Shown one piece after another: positions 38,151 to 46,198 of a stretch of DNA of 64,000 nt. The stretch comes from a virus (Duplodnaviria; Caudoviricetes), in the IMG/VR virus record IMGVR_UViG_3300047160_010653, positions 9,104-73,103 of that record. One strand, written 5' to 3'. The notes beneath the pieces were generated by a model. It made no database searches. It was given only the letters and a program-made list of their open reading frames with translations, and had not been told where the DNA came from. The translations under genes and the position numbers were made by a program. Every line of letters begins with the position of its first letter. Position 1 is the first letter of the stretch.

Positions 38151-38468
38151 ATGGGCAGTGGCTGTGCGTGGCCCGGTTCGAGGGAAGTGCGCAGCATGAA
38201 ACCACGCGGCGAGCAGCTCGGGCCGAAGACGCGGCATGTGTTGAACTATCAGTTCATACCGATCTCGGCTGTGAATGTGCTGACGATGATCCGGCGTCGC
38301 GGGCTCGATCCGATCAAGGACGATGCATGGGTGGCGCGAGATTTGAAAGCGAGAGTGCAGCAGGTGACGCGGGTGTCGTTCGCGCACTGTGAAAAGCTGG
38401 TACATGCGGGCGGGAAAGCAGAAGCAAGAAAAACAAAACGAGTGGACGCGACGGTTTCGGGAAAGTGA
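38151..38468 (+). CDS. Hypothetical protein
   Basis: Operon packing between NusG and terS. Confidence 0.4.
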   Translation: MGSGCAWPGSREVRSMKPRGEQLGPKTRHVLNYQFIPISAVNVLTMIRRRGLDPIKDDAWVARDLKARVQQVTRVSFAHCEKLVHAGGKAEARKTKRVDATVSGK

Positions 38469-38595
38469 CTGGCGCAAGCTGCCTTTGAAGCTGCGGCTCA
38501 GGTGGTGGGACGAGACCAATTATTCGAAGAAGCCTCCTCCGCCTGCTCTGTTGGCGGCGGTAGAGCAGGCAATGCTTGAAAACGACGTAAGATGA
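38389..38595 (+). CDS. Small hypothetical protein
   Basis: W-x-x-LPL-x-LR-x-RWW-x-ETNY motif; true start is probably internal. Confidence 0.45.
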   Translation: MKSWYMRAGKQKQEKQNEWTRRFRESDWRKLPLKLRLRWWDETNYSKKPPPPALLAAVEQAMLENDVR

Positions 38596-38598
38596 TGC

Positions 38599-39009
38599 AT
38601 GGCACCGCGTGTTGGACAACCGCATTCAGGATCGTTTAAGAAGGGGCATGTGAAGCCTCCTGGTGCTGGTCGTGCGCCCGGGCAAGCCAATCACCGGACT
38701 CTTGAATGCAAAACGATATTCGAAGCAGCTACCAAGATGATGGGTGGCGCCAAGGGTTTGATGGAATGGGCGCAGCGCAATAACGAGAATGAAACCATTT
38801 TCTGGTCGATTATGTTCATGAAATTGATACCGGTGCAGGTGCAGGGGGAGATACAGACGACGAATGAGCTGGTGGTGTCTGTCACCAAGGATGATTTGGC
38901 GAAGAAGCTCGAAGAGCACGGACTGCCGCCGTTGATGTATGAGCGCGATGTGCCGCTGCTCGAAGGTGAGGTTGTTGATGACCAAAAGTCCTGCAAACAA
39001 AGTGGATGA
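38599..39009 (+). CDS. terS: Terminase small subunit
   Basis: SFKKG ... GRAPG-x-x-N basic N-terminal motif; F-x-x-x-x-MKLIP; upstream of terL. Confidence 0.7.
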   Translation: MAPRVGQPHSGSFKKGHVKPPGAGRAPGQANHRTLECKTIFEAATKMMGGAKGLMEWAQRNNENETIFWSIMFMKLIPVQVQGEIQTTNELVVSVTKDDLAKKLEEHGLPPLMYERDVPLLEGEVVDDQKSCKQSG

Positions 39010-39255
39010 TGATTCTGATTGGGTTCATGATGACGCAATCAAGAACTATGAGTTTTGGATTTCTTGGAAGCGATCTCAGTTGATGTGTGAGCGCGACGCC
39101 GAGGGTGTGAAGAATGAAGCCGGGTATCGGATCAATCGCTGAGCGGATGATCGAAGCGCTCAATTGCGGTGATATTAAAGAGTTTGAACGACTCAAGGAC
39201 GGTTCACCGCCGCCGAAAGACGAGCCGCGGCAATTGACTTCGTGCGTGTTTCATT

Positions 39256-41829
39256 TTGCGCCAGAGCGGCATGTTGAACCTCAAAAGTGACGCCGATCTG
39301 CTGTGGTTGAAAGAAAAGCGCAAGAGGGAGTCGACCGAGAGCTTCTGGCGTTACCGGCAATATGCCAATCCTCGTATGCTGGTCGACTGGTGGCCGCGTG
39401 CGGTCGCGTTCGAGCTGCACCGGTTCTGGCTGCAGTATAAGGCGGGGCTTCGTCCTAAGCTATTGCTGCAGGCTCCTCCTCAACACGGAAAGGCCGAGTT
39501 AAATCAAACACTTACGCTTACATCTGAGGGTTGGAGCACTCACGGTGATCTGAAGGTTGGAAGTCGGGTTTGGGGGCCGAACGGCAAGCTACGGCGGGTG
39601 ACGGCGGTTTCTGCTGATACGCCGATGCACATGCGTGTTGAGCTGTCGAATGGGCAAGTGATCTATTGCCACGAACGTCATGAGTGGACCGTTAACGACA
39701 AGAAATATCGTCGTCGAGGAGATCACTGGCGCACGTTCGAAACGCAGGAGTTACTACAGCAGGGGTTGCTGATTGGTGGTGTGCGAGGCAAGCGAGGCTC
39801 GCGATTTCGTTGGCACCTGCCTGCAGTGATGCCTCTACAGGGTTCGCAGCAATTTTTGCCTGTGGCGCCTTATGCGCTCGGTGTCTGGCTTGGTAACGGA
39901 ACGTGGCACGCACCTGTTATTACGCAGGCTGTGAAGGATGAAGCGCCGATTGAGTATATGCGTAAGCTTGGTTACACGACTTCGCATGTTGGCGTTCATC
40001 CGACGATTGCCATTAGACAGTTTTACTTTAGCGCCAAGGCTGGTGGGCGAGATTTGCGGGGGGAGCTGCGCAATCTCGGTTTTGCAATGCCTACTAACGA
40101 GGATATCGGTGAGCGTCAGCAGAAGTTTATCCCTGATTGTTATTTCGTTGCGCCGCTTGCGGATCGCTTAGAGTTGCTTGCTGGACTGATCGACACCGAC
40201 GGCTATGTGTATCACCGAAATGGTCGCGTCGTTTTTGTCACTGCTGATCCGTTGATGCGAGATGCGTTTGTCGCATTGCTGGCGACGTTTGGTTGGCACG
40301 GTGCCGTTGACAGGACGCCGCCGCGACGTTCATCGAGCACCCGTTTTGCTATTGAGGGGCGGCGTGATTGTTTCTATATCGGATTTAGCCCGACGCTCGA
40401 TATTCCCTGCAAGCTGTTGCGTAAGCGTTTGCAACGTGTCTTCGAACGATCAAAGCCGGTAGCGATCGTCTCGGTTACTCGTTCGAAGAAAAGCTATGGC
40501 ATGGGTCGCTGCATTACTGTTGATGCGCCTGATGGGTTGTATTTGACTGGTGAAACATTGCAGCCGACACACAATTCGCTTTCACTGATTGATTTCATTG
40601 CCTGGATCGTTGGACTCGACCCGAACTTGCGTGTGATCTATTCGAGTTTCTCGGATCGCCTGGGAGTTCGAGCAAATCTTCGTTTGCAGCGGGCTCTTGG
40701 TTCTGAAGCATATAAAAGCATTTTTGATACTCGTATCTCTAATGGCAGTGTAGTTACCGATGCTTCGCGGTTTCTTCGTAACCATGAGATACTGGAGTTT
40801 GTCGGAAATGAAGGGTATTTCAGGAATACAACTGTCGGCGGACCTATAACCGGCGAAGCGCTGGATATCGGCGTAATTGACGACCCAATCAAGGGCCGCG
40901 CCGAAGCGCAGTCGGAGACGATCCGCGACAAGACATGGGCGTGGCTGACCGATGATTTTTTGTCGCGGTTCGCGGACAAAGGTGCGATGGTGTCTATTCT
41001 CACACGGTGGCATTTGGATGACCCTGCTGGAAGGCTTATTGAGCATTATCCTGGTGTACGTGTGCTTCGCTATCCCGCTATTGCCGAGGTCGACGAGCGG
41101 CACCAAGTCGGACAGCGAGAATGGTACACGCGACGAGCCGGAGAACCGCTGTTCCCTCGACTGAAATCGCGTGAGTTTCTCGACAAGCAGAAAAGTGTGA
41201 TGACGCTGTCGGGGTGGGAGAGCGTTTACCAGCAGTCACCGATCATCGCTGGCGGCGACATGTTCCCGGTTGAGAAGGTTGAGATACTGCCGGAGCGACC
41301 GGCACGGGCAAATGTCTTGTCTTCGGTGCGTTATTTTGATAAAGCGGGCACCGCTGATGGTGGGGCCTATACGGCGGGTGTCCTCATGCTGAAGATGAAA
41401 GATGGTACGTTCTGTGTCGCTGATATTCGTCGTGGGCAGTGGAGCGCACTGGATCGCGAGAGAGTTATTCTGCAGACAGCGCATCTCGATCAGCAGATGT
41501 ATCCAGAGACCAGAATTTATTTAGAGCAGGAACCTGGCAGTGGGGGCAAAGAATCTGCGGAAGCATCGATTAGGATGCTGTCCGGTTTTGTGGCGGAAGC
41601 CGACAAGGTGACAGGGGCGAAGGAATTGCGCGCCGAACCATTTGCCGCACAGTGGCAGTCGGGCAATATCAAGTTGGTCAACGGAAGCTTTGCGAAAGCG
41701 TTTCTGGACGAAGCAGAGGTTTTCCCTGTCGGCAAGTACAAGGATCAAATCGATGCGTCGAGTGGCGCGTTCAATAAGCTCGCGGGTCGCTACAATGGAT
41801 ATCCCGATTCTGTGGCTTGGATTGGGTGA
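39256..41829 (+). CDS. terL: Terminase large subunit (intein-containing)
   Basis: APPQHGK/S Walker A split by the intein; GGPITG; IGVIDDP Walker B; TRWHLDDPAGR; nuclease YFDKAG ... KDQIDA. Confidence 0.95.
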   Translation: MRQSGMLNLKSDADLLWLKEKRKRESTESFWRYRQYANPRMLVDWWPRAVAFELHRFWLQYKAGLRPKLLLQAPPQHGKAELNQTLTLTSEGWSTHGDLKVGSRVWGPNGKLRRVTAVSADTPMHMRVELSNGQVIYCHERHEWTVNDKKYRRRGDHWRTFETQELLQQGLLIGGVRGKRGSRFRWHLPAVMPLQGSQQFLPVAPYALGVWLGNGTWHAPVITQAVKDEAPIEYMRKLGYTTSHVGVHPTIAIRQFYFSAKAGGRDLRGELRNLGFAMPTNEDIGERQQKFIPDCYFVAPLADRLELLAGLIDTDGYVYHRNGRVVFVTADPLMRDAFVALLATFGWHGAVDRTPPRRSSSTRFAIEGRRDCFYIGFSPTLDIPCKLLRKRLQRVFERSKPVAIVSVTRSKKSYGMGRCITVDAPDGLYLTGETLQPTHNSLSLIDFIAWIVGLDPNLRVIYSSFSDRLGVRANLRLQRALGSEAYKSIFDTRISNGSVVTDASRFLRNHEILEFVGNEGYFRNTTVGGPITGEALDIGVIDDPIKGRAEAQSETIRDKTWAWLTDDFLSRFADKGAMVSILTRWHLDDPAGRLIEHYPGVRVLRYPAIAEVDERHQVGQREWYTRRAGEPLFPRLKSREFLDKQKSVMTLSGWESVYQQSPIIAGGDMFPVEKVEILPERPARANVLSSVRYFDKAGTADGGAYTAGVLMLKMKDGTFCVADIRRGQWSALDRERVILQTAHLDQQMYPETRIYLEQEPGSGGKESAEASIRMLSGFVAEADKVTGAKELRAEPFAAQWQSGNIKLVNGSFAKAFLDEAEVFPVGKYKDQIDASSGAFNKLAGRYNGYPDSVAWIG
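39493..40575 (+). mobile_element. Class 3 (Ala1, WCT) intein with LAGLIDADG homing endonuclease, 361 aa
   Basis: Starts AELNQTLTLTSEGW; block B HERHEW; blocks C/E YALGVWLGNG and LLAGLIDTDG; block F RCITVD; ends PTHN followed by Ser+1. Confidence 0.92.
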
Positions 41830-42027
41830 GTGGGGGCCTGCATGAAGGTTCTTGTTGAGATCGTAAGGTTTCAGATTGACGACGACGGTTGGATGGTTGG
41901 GATCAGATCAGACGGCCACACGGTGGCGGTGCAGGGACCATTTCAGCTCGATGTGGCGGAGATGGTGTGCGCTGAGCTGGAGCGTCGCGCTTATGCTGCG
42001 CAGGACGACAAGGCGATGAAGTCATGA
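41830..42027 (+). CDS. Hypothetical protein
   Basis: Immediately after terL; stop overlaps the next ATG. Confidence 0.45.
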   Translation: MGACMKVLVEIVRFQIDDDGWMVGIRSDGHTVAVQGPFQLDVAEMVCAELERRAYAAQDDKAMKS

Positions 42028-42197
42028 GAATCTGCTTTGGCTGCAAGCAGCCATTCGAGACGATCCCGCCCGGCGAGGATGACACGCCGCGGATCGCCAA
42101 GGACTGGTTTGGACGCGAGTGGCATCAGGCGTGCTACGACACGGCTGCCGATGATTTTCTTTCGACCGTGCCAACGCGGCCGGAGCGGCATCGGTAA
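42024..42197 (+). CDS. Small Zn-binding protein (57 aa, below the ORF-track cutoff)
   Basis: MRICFGCKQPF ... WHQAC; coupled at both ends. Confidence 0.5.
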   Translation: MRICFGCKQPFETIPPGEDDTPRIAKDWFGREWHQACYDTAADDFLSTVPTRPERHR

Positions 42198-42463
42198 TGA
42201 CGTGGACGACGCACCGTTTACGTAACCTGAAGCCGGGCGAGCGTATGACCTATTACCGCGGCGATTTCGGTTATGACACCGTGCACGGGCCGTCGGACTA
42301 CTGCTCGATCCTCGCTGATGTCATGCGTGTGGCAGCGCATCTGGAAGACTGTGGACGGATTCGATTGGAGAAGTTTGAGCACCACGGCGATTACGATCGC
42401 AGAACACAGAACGCCAAGAAGTGGTTTGAATACGTTGCGGTGGGCTGTGAAGAGACCGTTTGA
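42197..42463 (+). CDS. Hypothetical protein
   Basis: PGERMTYYRG ... FEYVAV pattern. Confidence 0.55.
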   Translation: MTWTTHRLRNLKPGERMTYYRGDFGYDTVHGPSDYCSILADVMRVAAHLEDCGRIRLEKFEHHGDYDRRTQNAKKWFEYVAVGCEETV

Positions 42464-42547
42464 GGAAGCGTTCTGGGTTGCCGGAATGGTTTTCTTTTTT
42501 GCGGTGATGTTTTTTGCGTTCTTCGAAATGTTGAACCGGGTAGCGCA

Positions 42548-42961
42548 ATGAAACTGAACTCGTTCGTCGACCGGAATCCGACGCGAGCGAACGTACCTTG
42601 CGGCACCTGCACACTCTGTTGTCGCACCATGCTCGTGCCGCTCGCCGAGGAAGAGACCGATTATCTGTGGGCGTGGGTGGAGCACCCGAAGACGGGAGAG
42701 CGATTAGGGCGTGCGTTGCAACGGCGGCCGGATGGCGCATGTGTTTACCTCGGGGAAAAGGGCTGCACGATCTGGGATCGCGCGCCACATGTATGCCAGG
42801 TTTTTAGTTGCGCGGATGTTGTGACGCGATGGAATCGAAATGAAAGGCGTCATATGGTTAACAGTGGGAAGCTTCCCAAGTCTCTGTTCATACGCGGACG
42901 TGAAATACTTGAACTTTATGAAAAAGAAAACCAGCGGCCAGTCTTAGGACGACGCTCGTGA
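42548..42961 (+). CDS. YkgJ/CxxCxxCC-family metal (Fe-S/Zn) binding protein
   Basis: CGTCTLCC ... CVYL ... CTIW-x-x-x-PHVC-x-x-FSC. Confidence 0.8.
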   Translation: MKLNSFVDRNPTRANVPCGTCTLCCRTMLVPLAEEETDYLWAWVEHPKTGERLGRALQRRPDGACVYLGEKGCTIWDRAPHVCQVFSCADVVTRWNRNERRHMVNSGKLPKSLFIRGREILELYEKENQRPVLGRRS

Positions 42962-43025
42962 AGTACGAGTACAGTCAGACGGCCGAAGCGTTGTCCAGTG
43001 AGGTCTTCAAGAGCGGGCATGCAGC

Positions 43026-43346
43026 ATGCTCGCAGTCAGCGGTTTGACTGTCAAAGAGGCTGGCATGGACGAGCCACGTAATCAACTCAGGCCAGTTGCC
43101 GAAGAGCCTGTTCGTGCGCGCACGCGAGATGACGAAGAGGACCTGAAGTTGCTCAAGCAGGAATATGCCAATGCGATGGCTGAGTGTCGGCGTTTTGAGC
43201 AGCTCGCAGCCAGCAATCGCTTGAGAGCGTATGGATATGCGAAAGAGATCGAAGACCGGTTCGGCATTCCGGTGGGGATTGGTGTCGGTGATCTCGTGAC
43301 GATGGACGAGCTGCAGAGGTTGATGGGAACTGTCACACGGTCTTGA
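43026..43346 (+). CDS. Coiled-coil hypothetical protein
   Basis: 106 aa; start uncertain. Confidence 0.45.
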   Translation: MLAVSGLTVKEAGMDEPRNQLRPVAEEPVRARTRDDEEDLKLLKQEYANAMAECRRFEQLAASNRLRAYGYAKEIEDRFGIPVGIGVGDLVTMDELQRLMGTVTRS

Positions 43347-43448
43347 TATCAGTGATGTAACACACCTCGATCGTATCGGAATTGAGGAAGAGCGTTAATG
43401 GCTAGTGTTGCTGGTTGTCGTGAGATCGAACAACAAGAGGAGTAATCT

Positions 43449-43772
43449 ATGAGCGCGGTTCCTGTAATTCTTAACGGCGTGTTCATGCCGTCGGGCAAGA
43501 CGGCGGATGACGTGCCGATCAAAGGTACGATGATCGGCTACCTCAGCATCCAGGGTCTTGAAATTGGTGGCGGTCCGATCATCCCTCCGGATGTCGATCC
43601 GCCTCCGATCGACCCTCCTCCGGTCGATCCTCCGGTCAACCCTCCTCCTAGTGTTGCCATTGTCGTCAAACCCGCACCGGTGACCGGCGGTTGGGGTATC
43701 GCGACAGACTCCAGCCAGAAGTTTCAGTGGTTCTACACTCCTGGCGCGATGAGCGCGGGACCGAAGCGTTAG
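43449..43772 (+). CDS. Pro-rich small protein (DPPP repeats)
   Basis: Strong RBS AAGAGGAG; DPPPIDPPPVDPPVNPPP; double stop. Confidence 0.65.
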   Translation: MSAVPVILNGVFMPSGKTADDVPIKGTMIGYLSIQGLEIGGGPIIPPDVDPPPIDPPPVDPPVNPPPSVAIVVKPAPVTGGWGIATDSSQKFQWFYTPGAMSAGPKR

Positions 43773-43808
43773 TAAGGCGTGTTGTGATTTCCTCCCTGTC
43801 TCTAACTT

Positions 43809-43836
43809 CCCTCCCCGTTCTGCGGGGAGGGTCCTT
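43809..43836 (+). terminator. GC hairpin, possible terminator
   Basis: CCCTCCCCG-TTCTG-CGGGGAGGG 9-bp stem with a short T-poor tail. Confidence 0.45.
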
Positions 43837-44213
43837 TGATGGCCGGGCCTGCTGAAGAGGCAGGCAAAGTAGCTGGTAGCGCGGTCGACGCGCTGAAAGG
43901 CAACCCGGCAATTCTTGCGCTGGTGATCTTGCAGTTCTTCATTCTCGGCGCGGTGCTGTACAATTCGATCGATCGTCAGCGGGCCAACACGGCCAACGTC
44001 GCCGAGCTGCATGCGTTGATCGACAGATGTATTGCGCGGTTTGAGCCCACCAAGGATTTTCGCAAGGTGAGGAGAATCAACATGAGCGATGAAAAGAAAC
44101 CTGAAGAGAAGAAGCCTGCGCCTGCACCGGAGCCGAAGCCCGATCAGGCACACGAGAACAAAGCACCTCCAGGGCAGCCTGCGACTGTAGTGCTACCGCC
44201 GGATCAGAGATAA
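43836..44213 (+). CDS. Single-pass membrane protein (holin/spanin-like candidate)
   Basis: ILALVILQFFILGAVLY transmembrane segment, then coiled coil and a Pro/charged tail. Confidence 0.45.
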   Translation: MMAGPAEEAGKVAGSAVDALKGNPAILALVILQFFILGAVLYNSIDRQRANTANVAELHALIDRCIARFEPTKDFRKVRRINMSDEKKPEEKKPAPAPEPKPDQAHENKAPPGQPATVVLPPDQR

Positions 44214-44444
44214 ATGTCCGAGGATCAAGTTCTGCGTCCTGCGCTGCATGTCGACCGTGACAGGTTTCTATCGGAAGGTATGTCACAAAGGGACGTCGAA
44301 GAAGCCGAGTTCAATGCCGAGTGCGATCATCTGGCTGCCGCGCTCGATTATTTGATTAGCAGGTATCGCGATCGCATGCCGCTCGAATACGCCTCTATGC
44401 TTACGAAGGCCGTCGATCTAATCAAGTGTTCGCGTCTGAGATAG
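44214..44444 (+). CDS. Hypothetical protein
   Basis: Starts directly after the upstream stop. Confidence 0.45.
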   Translation: MSEDQVLRPALHVDRDRFLSEGMSQRDVEEAEFNAECDHLAAALDYLISRYRDRMPLEYASMLTKAVDLIKCSRLR

Positions 44445-44614
44445 CCTACGCACCTCCCCAGGTGCGTCGAGGCAGCCCCTGGCTTACCCCATCCCCCCAA
44501 GCTCGTGGCGGCTGCCTCCATTCGATACGCGCTTTGTCACCAACAAACGGCGCGTAAAAGGCCGCTCCTGGTCTCAAGGGAGCGGCCTTCCTTTCCAAAA
44601 ATGGGAGCTGAAAC

Positions 44615-44839
44615 ATGCCGTCGATTGGCGAGCAGCGCGTGCGTATTACGTTCAATCCCTCGGCCAGCGAAATGGTCGAGGTGCTCAAACAGAAGTCTGC
44701 CGAGTTGATCGATCTGTGTGAGCAGCTCAAGGTCAAGGACGCGCGGTTGGCATCCTTGGCGCAGACTTCATATGAGGAAGCCTGTGGTTGGGCCGTCAAA
44801 GCGTCCACGACGCCGGAAAAGCCAAATGCATTGGGATAA
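44615..44839 (+). CDS. Acb2/Tad1-like helical hairpin (candidate immune-signal sponge)
   Basis: RLASLAQTSYEEACGWAVKA matches the R-x-x-x-x-A-x-T-x-x-EEA-x-x-W hairpin of the Tad1/Acb2 group; RBS GGGAG. Confidence 0.55.
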   Translation: MPSIGEQRVRITFNPSASEMVEVLKQKSAELIDLCEQLKVKDARLASLAQTSYEEACGWAVKASTTPEKPNALG

Positions 44840-45131
44840 CCTGTGGCCTGACATACCGCCGCGCGCCAAGCTGATGATGCATCGGTTGGTTATGTCGGAG
44901 GCGCGCGAGAAAGAGCAGCGCGAAGAAGTGCGCAGGCTCGAACTGGAGCGCTGCACATTCAAAGAGAAAATCTTGCGGCTTGAAGCCAAGATCGCGAGCA
45001 TCGAAGAGATCACCAAAACCGAGGGTTATTGGGAGCGTCAATGGCGTAGTGAAGCCAAGGCGCGCGAATGGGCGGAGGCCAAACTTTATGAACGTAAGTT
45101 GGCTCCACAGAGCGCTGGCCAACGGACCTGA
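44826..45131 (+). CDS. Coiled-coil hypothetical protein
   Basis: Start refined to MHWDNL, overlapping the upstream stop. Confidence 0.5.
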   Translation: MHWDNLWPDIPPRAKLMMHRLVMSEAREKEQREEVRRLELERCTFKEKILRLEAKIASIEEITKTEGYWERQWRSEAKAREWAEAKLYERKLAPQSAGQRT

Positions 45132-45272
45132 GCTTCGTCAGGTCATGTCTGTTTGGCATTCGGTCATCGACAGTTTCGTGCCGACTGCGGCGCTGGTCGG
45201 CCCCGACGGCTTTACGCCGGTCGGCATCGATATCCTGGTGCCGCGCAAGAAACCCGCCAACGACAATTGAGA

Positions 45273-46121
45273 ATGAATTATTACAACGACAATGATCCAT
45301 ATGTGGCACAATGGCTGCGCAATCTGATTCAAGCTGGTCATATTCCGCGTGGCGATGTGGACGAGCGCGACATCGCTGATGTGAAATCACGCGATCTGAG
45401 GGGATACGTGCAATGTCATTTCTTTGCCGGGATCGCCGGATGGCCGTTGGCGCTGCGAATGGCAGGGTGGCCGAGTGAGCGCTCTTTATGGACCGGATCG
45501 TGTCCGTGCCAGCCATTCTCGTATGTTGGTAGCCGGAGCGGTGAAGACGATCCGCGCCATCTCTGGCCGGAGTGGTTCCGGCTCATCCGCCAGTGTCGGC
45601 CTGCAACGATCTTTGGAGAGCAGGTTGCAGCGGCAATTGGGCAAGGTTGGCTCGACACTGTTTTCGCTGACCTGGAAAAGCAGGGTTACGCCTGCGGGGC
45701 GGCCGTACTGCCAGCTTGCAGCGTCGGCGCGCCGCATATCAGACAGCGATTATGGTTCGTGGCCGACGCCGCAGGCATACGGTGTAACGAGTCCGCGCGA
45801 TCTGGGGAAACGAGTCAAGGGCGACAGGCAGACACGCAATCCAAGGTTTCTCGGAAACACACGCAAGGATTTGGCAGATGTAGTAGGGCTGGCAAGCTGG
45901 ACGACGCCGCGGGCCAACAAGTGGGGCGAGCCGGACAGCCATGGAAAAACTGTTCTTGGCTCCCTTGCGCAGACGGAAAGGCGCGGCCAGTTGAACCCGA
46001 CGTTTTCCCTTTGGCTCATGGGGTTTCCGCCCGAATGGGAAAGCTGCGCGCCGCAGGCAATGCGATCGTCCCGCAAGTTGCGGCGCAATTCGTAAGAGCG
46101 GCGATGGAGATTGCGTCGTGA
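45273..46121 (+). CDS. C5-cytosine DNA methyltransferase, large (alpha) polypeptide
   Basis: Motif I HFFAGIAG, IV GSCPCQPFS, VI IFGEQV, VIII HIRQRLWFV, X GNAIVPQVA; no motif IX in this frame. Confidence 0.9.
   Translation: MNYYNDNDPYVAQWLRNLIQAGHIPRGDVDERDIADVKSRDLRGYVQCHFFAGIAGWPLALRMAGWPSERSLWTGSCPCQPFSYVGSRSGEDDPRHLWPEWFRLIRQCRPATIFGEQVAAAIGQGWLDTVFADLEKQGYACGAAVLPACSVGAPHIRQRLWFVADAAGIRCNESARSGETSQGRQADTQSKVSRKHTQGFGRCSRAGKLDDAAGQQVGRAGQPWKNCSWLPCADGKARPVEPDVFPLAHGVSARMGKLRAAGNAIVPQVAAQFVRAAMEIAS
45424..46095 (+). CDS. Nested alternative-frame ORF; probable small (beta) subunit of the C5 methyltransferase (start uncertain)
   Basis: Stop-free over about 670 nt in the +1 frame; WPTP/WTTP segments and LNPTFSLWLMGFPPEW, which resembles motif IX. 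Confidence 0.7.
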   Translation: MPGSPDGRWRCEWQGGRVSALYGPDRVRASHSRMLVAGAVKTIRAISGRSGSGSSASVGLQRSLESRLQRQLGKVGSTLFSLTWKSRVTPAGRPYCQLAASARRISDSDYGSWPTPQAYGVTSPRDLGKRVKGDRQTRNPRFLGNTRKDLADVVGLASWTTPRANKWGEPDSHGKTVLGSLAQTERRGQLNPTFSLWLMGFPPEWESCAPQAMRSSRKLRRNS

Positions 46122-46198
46122 GTGACGACGAACAGGGGGCAATCTGAAACGGGACATCGGTTTCACGGACATTTTCAACCTTCGGTGAGGAGCATGGC

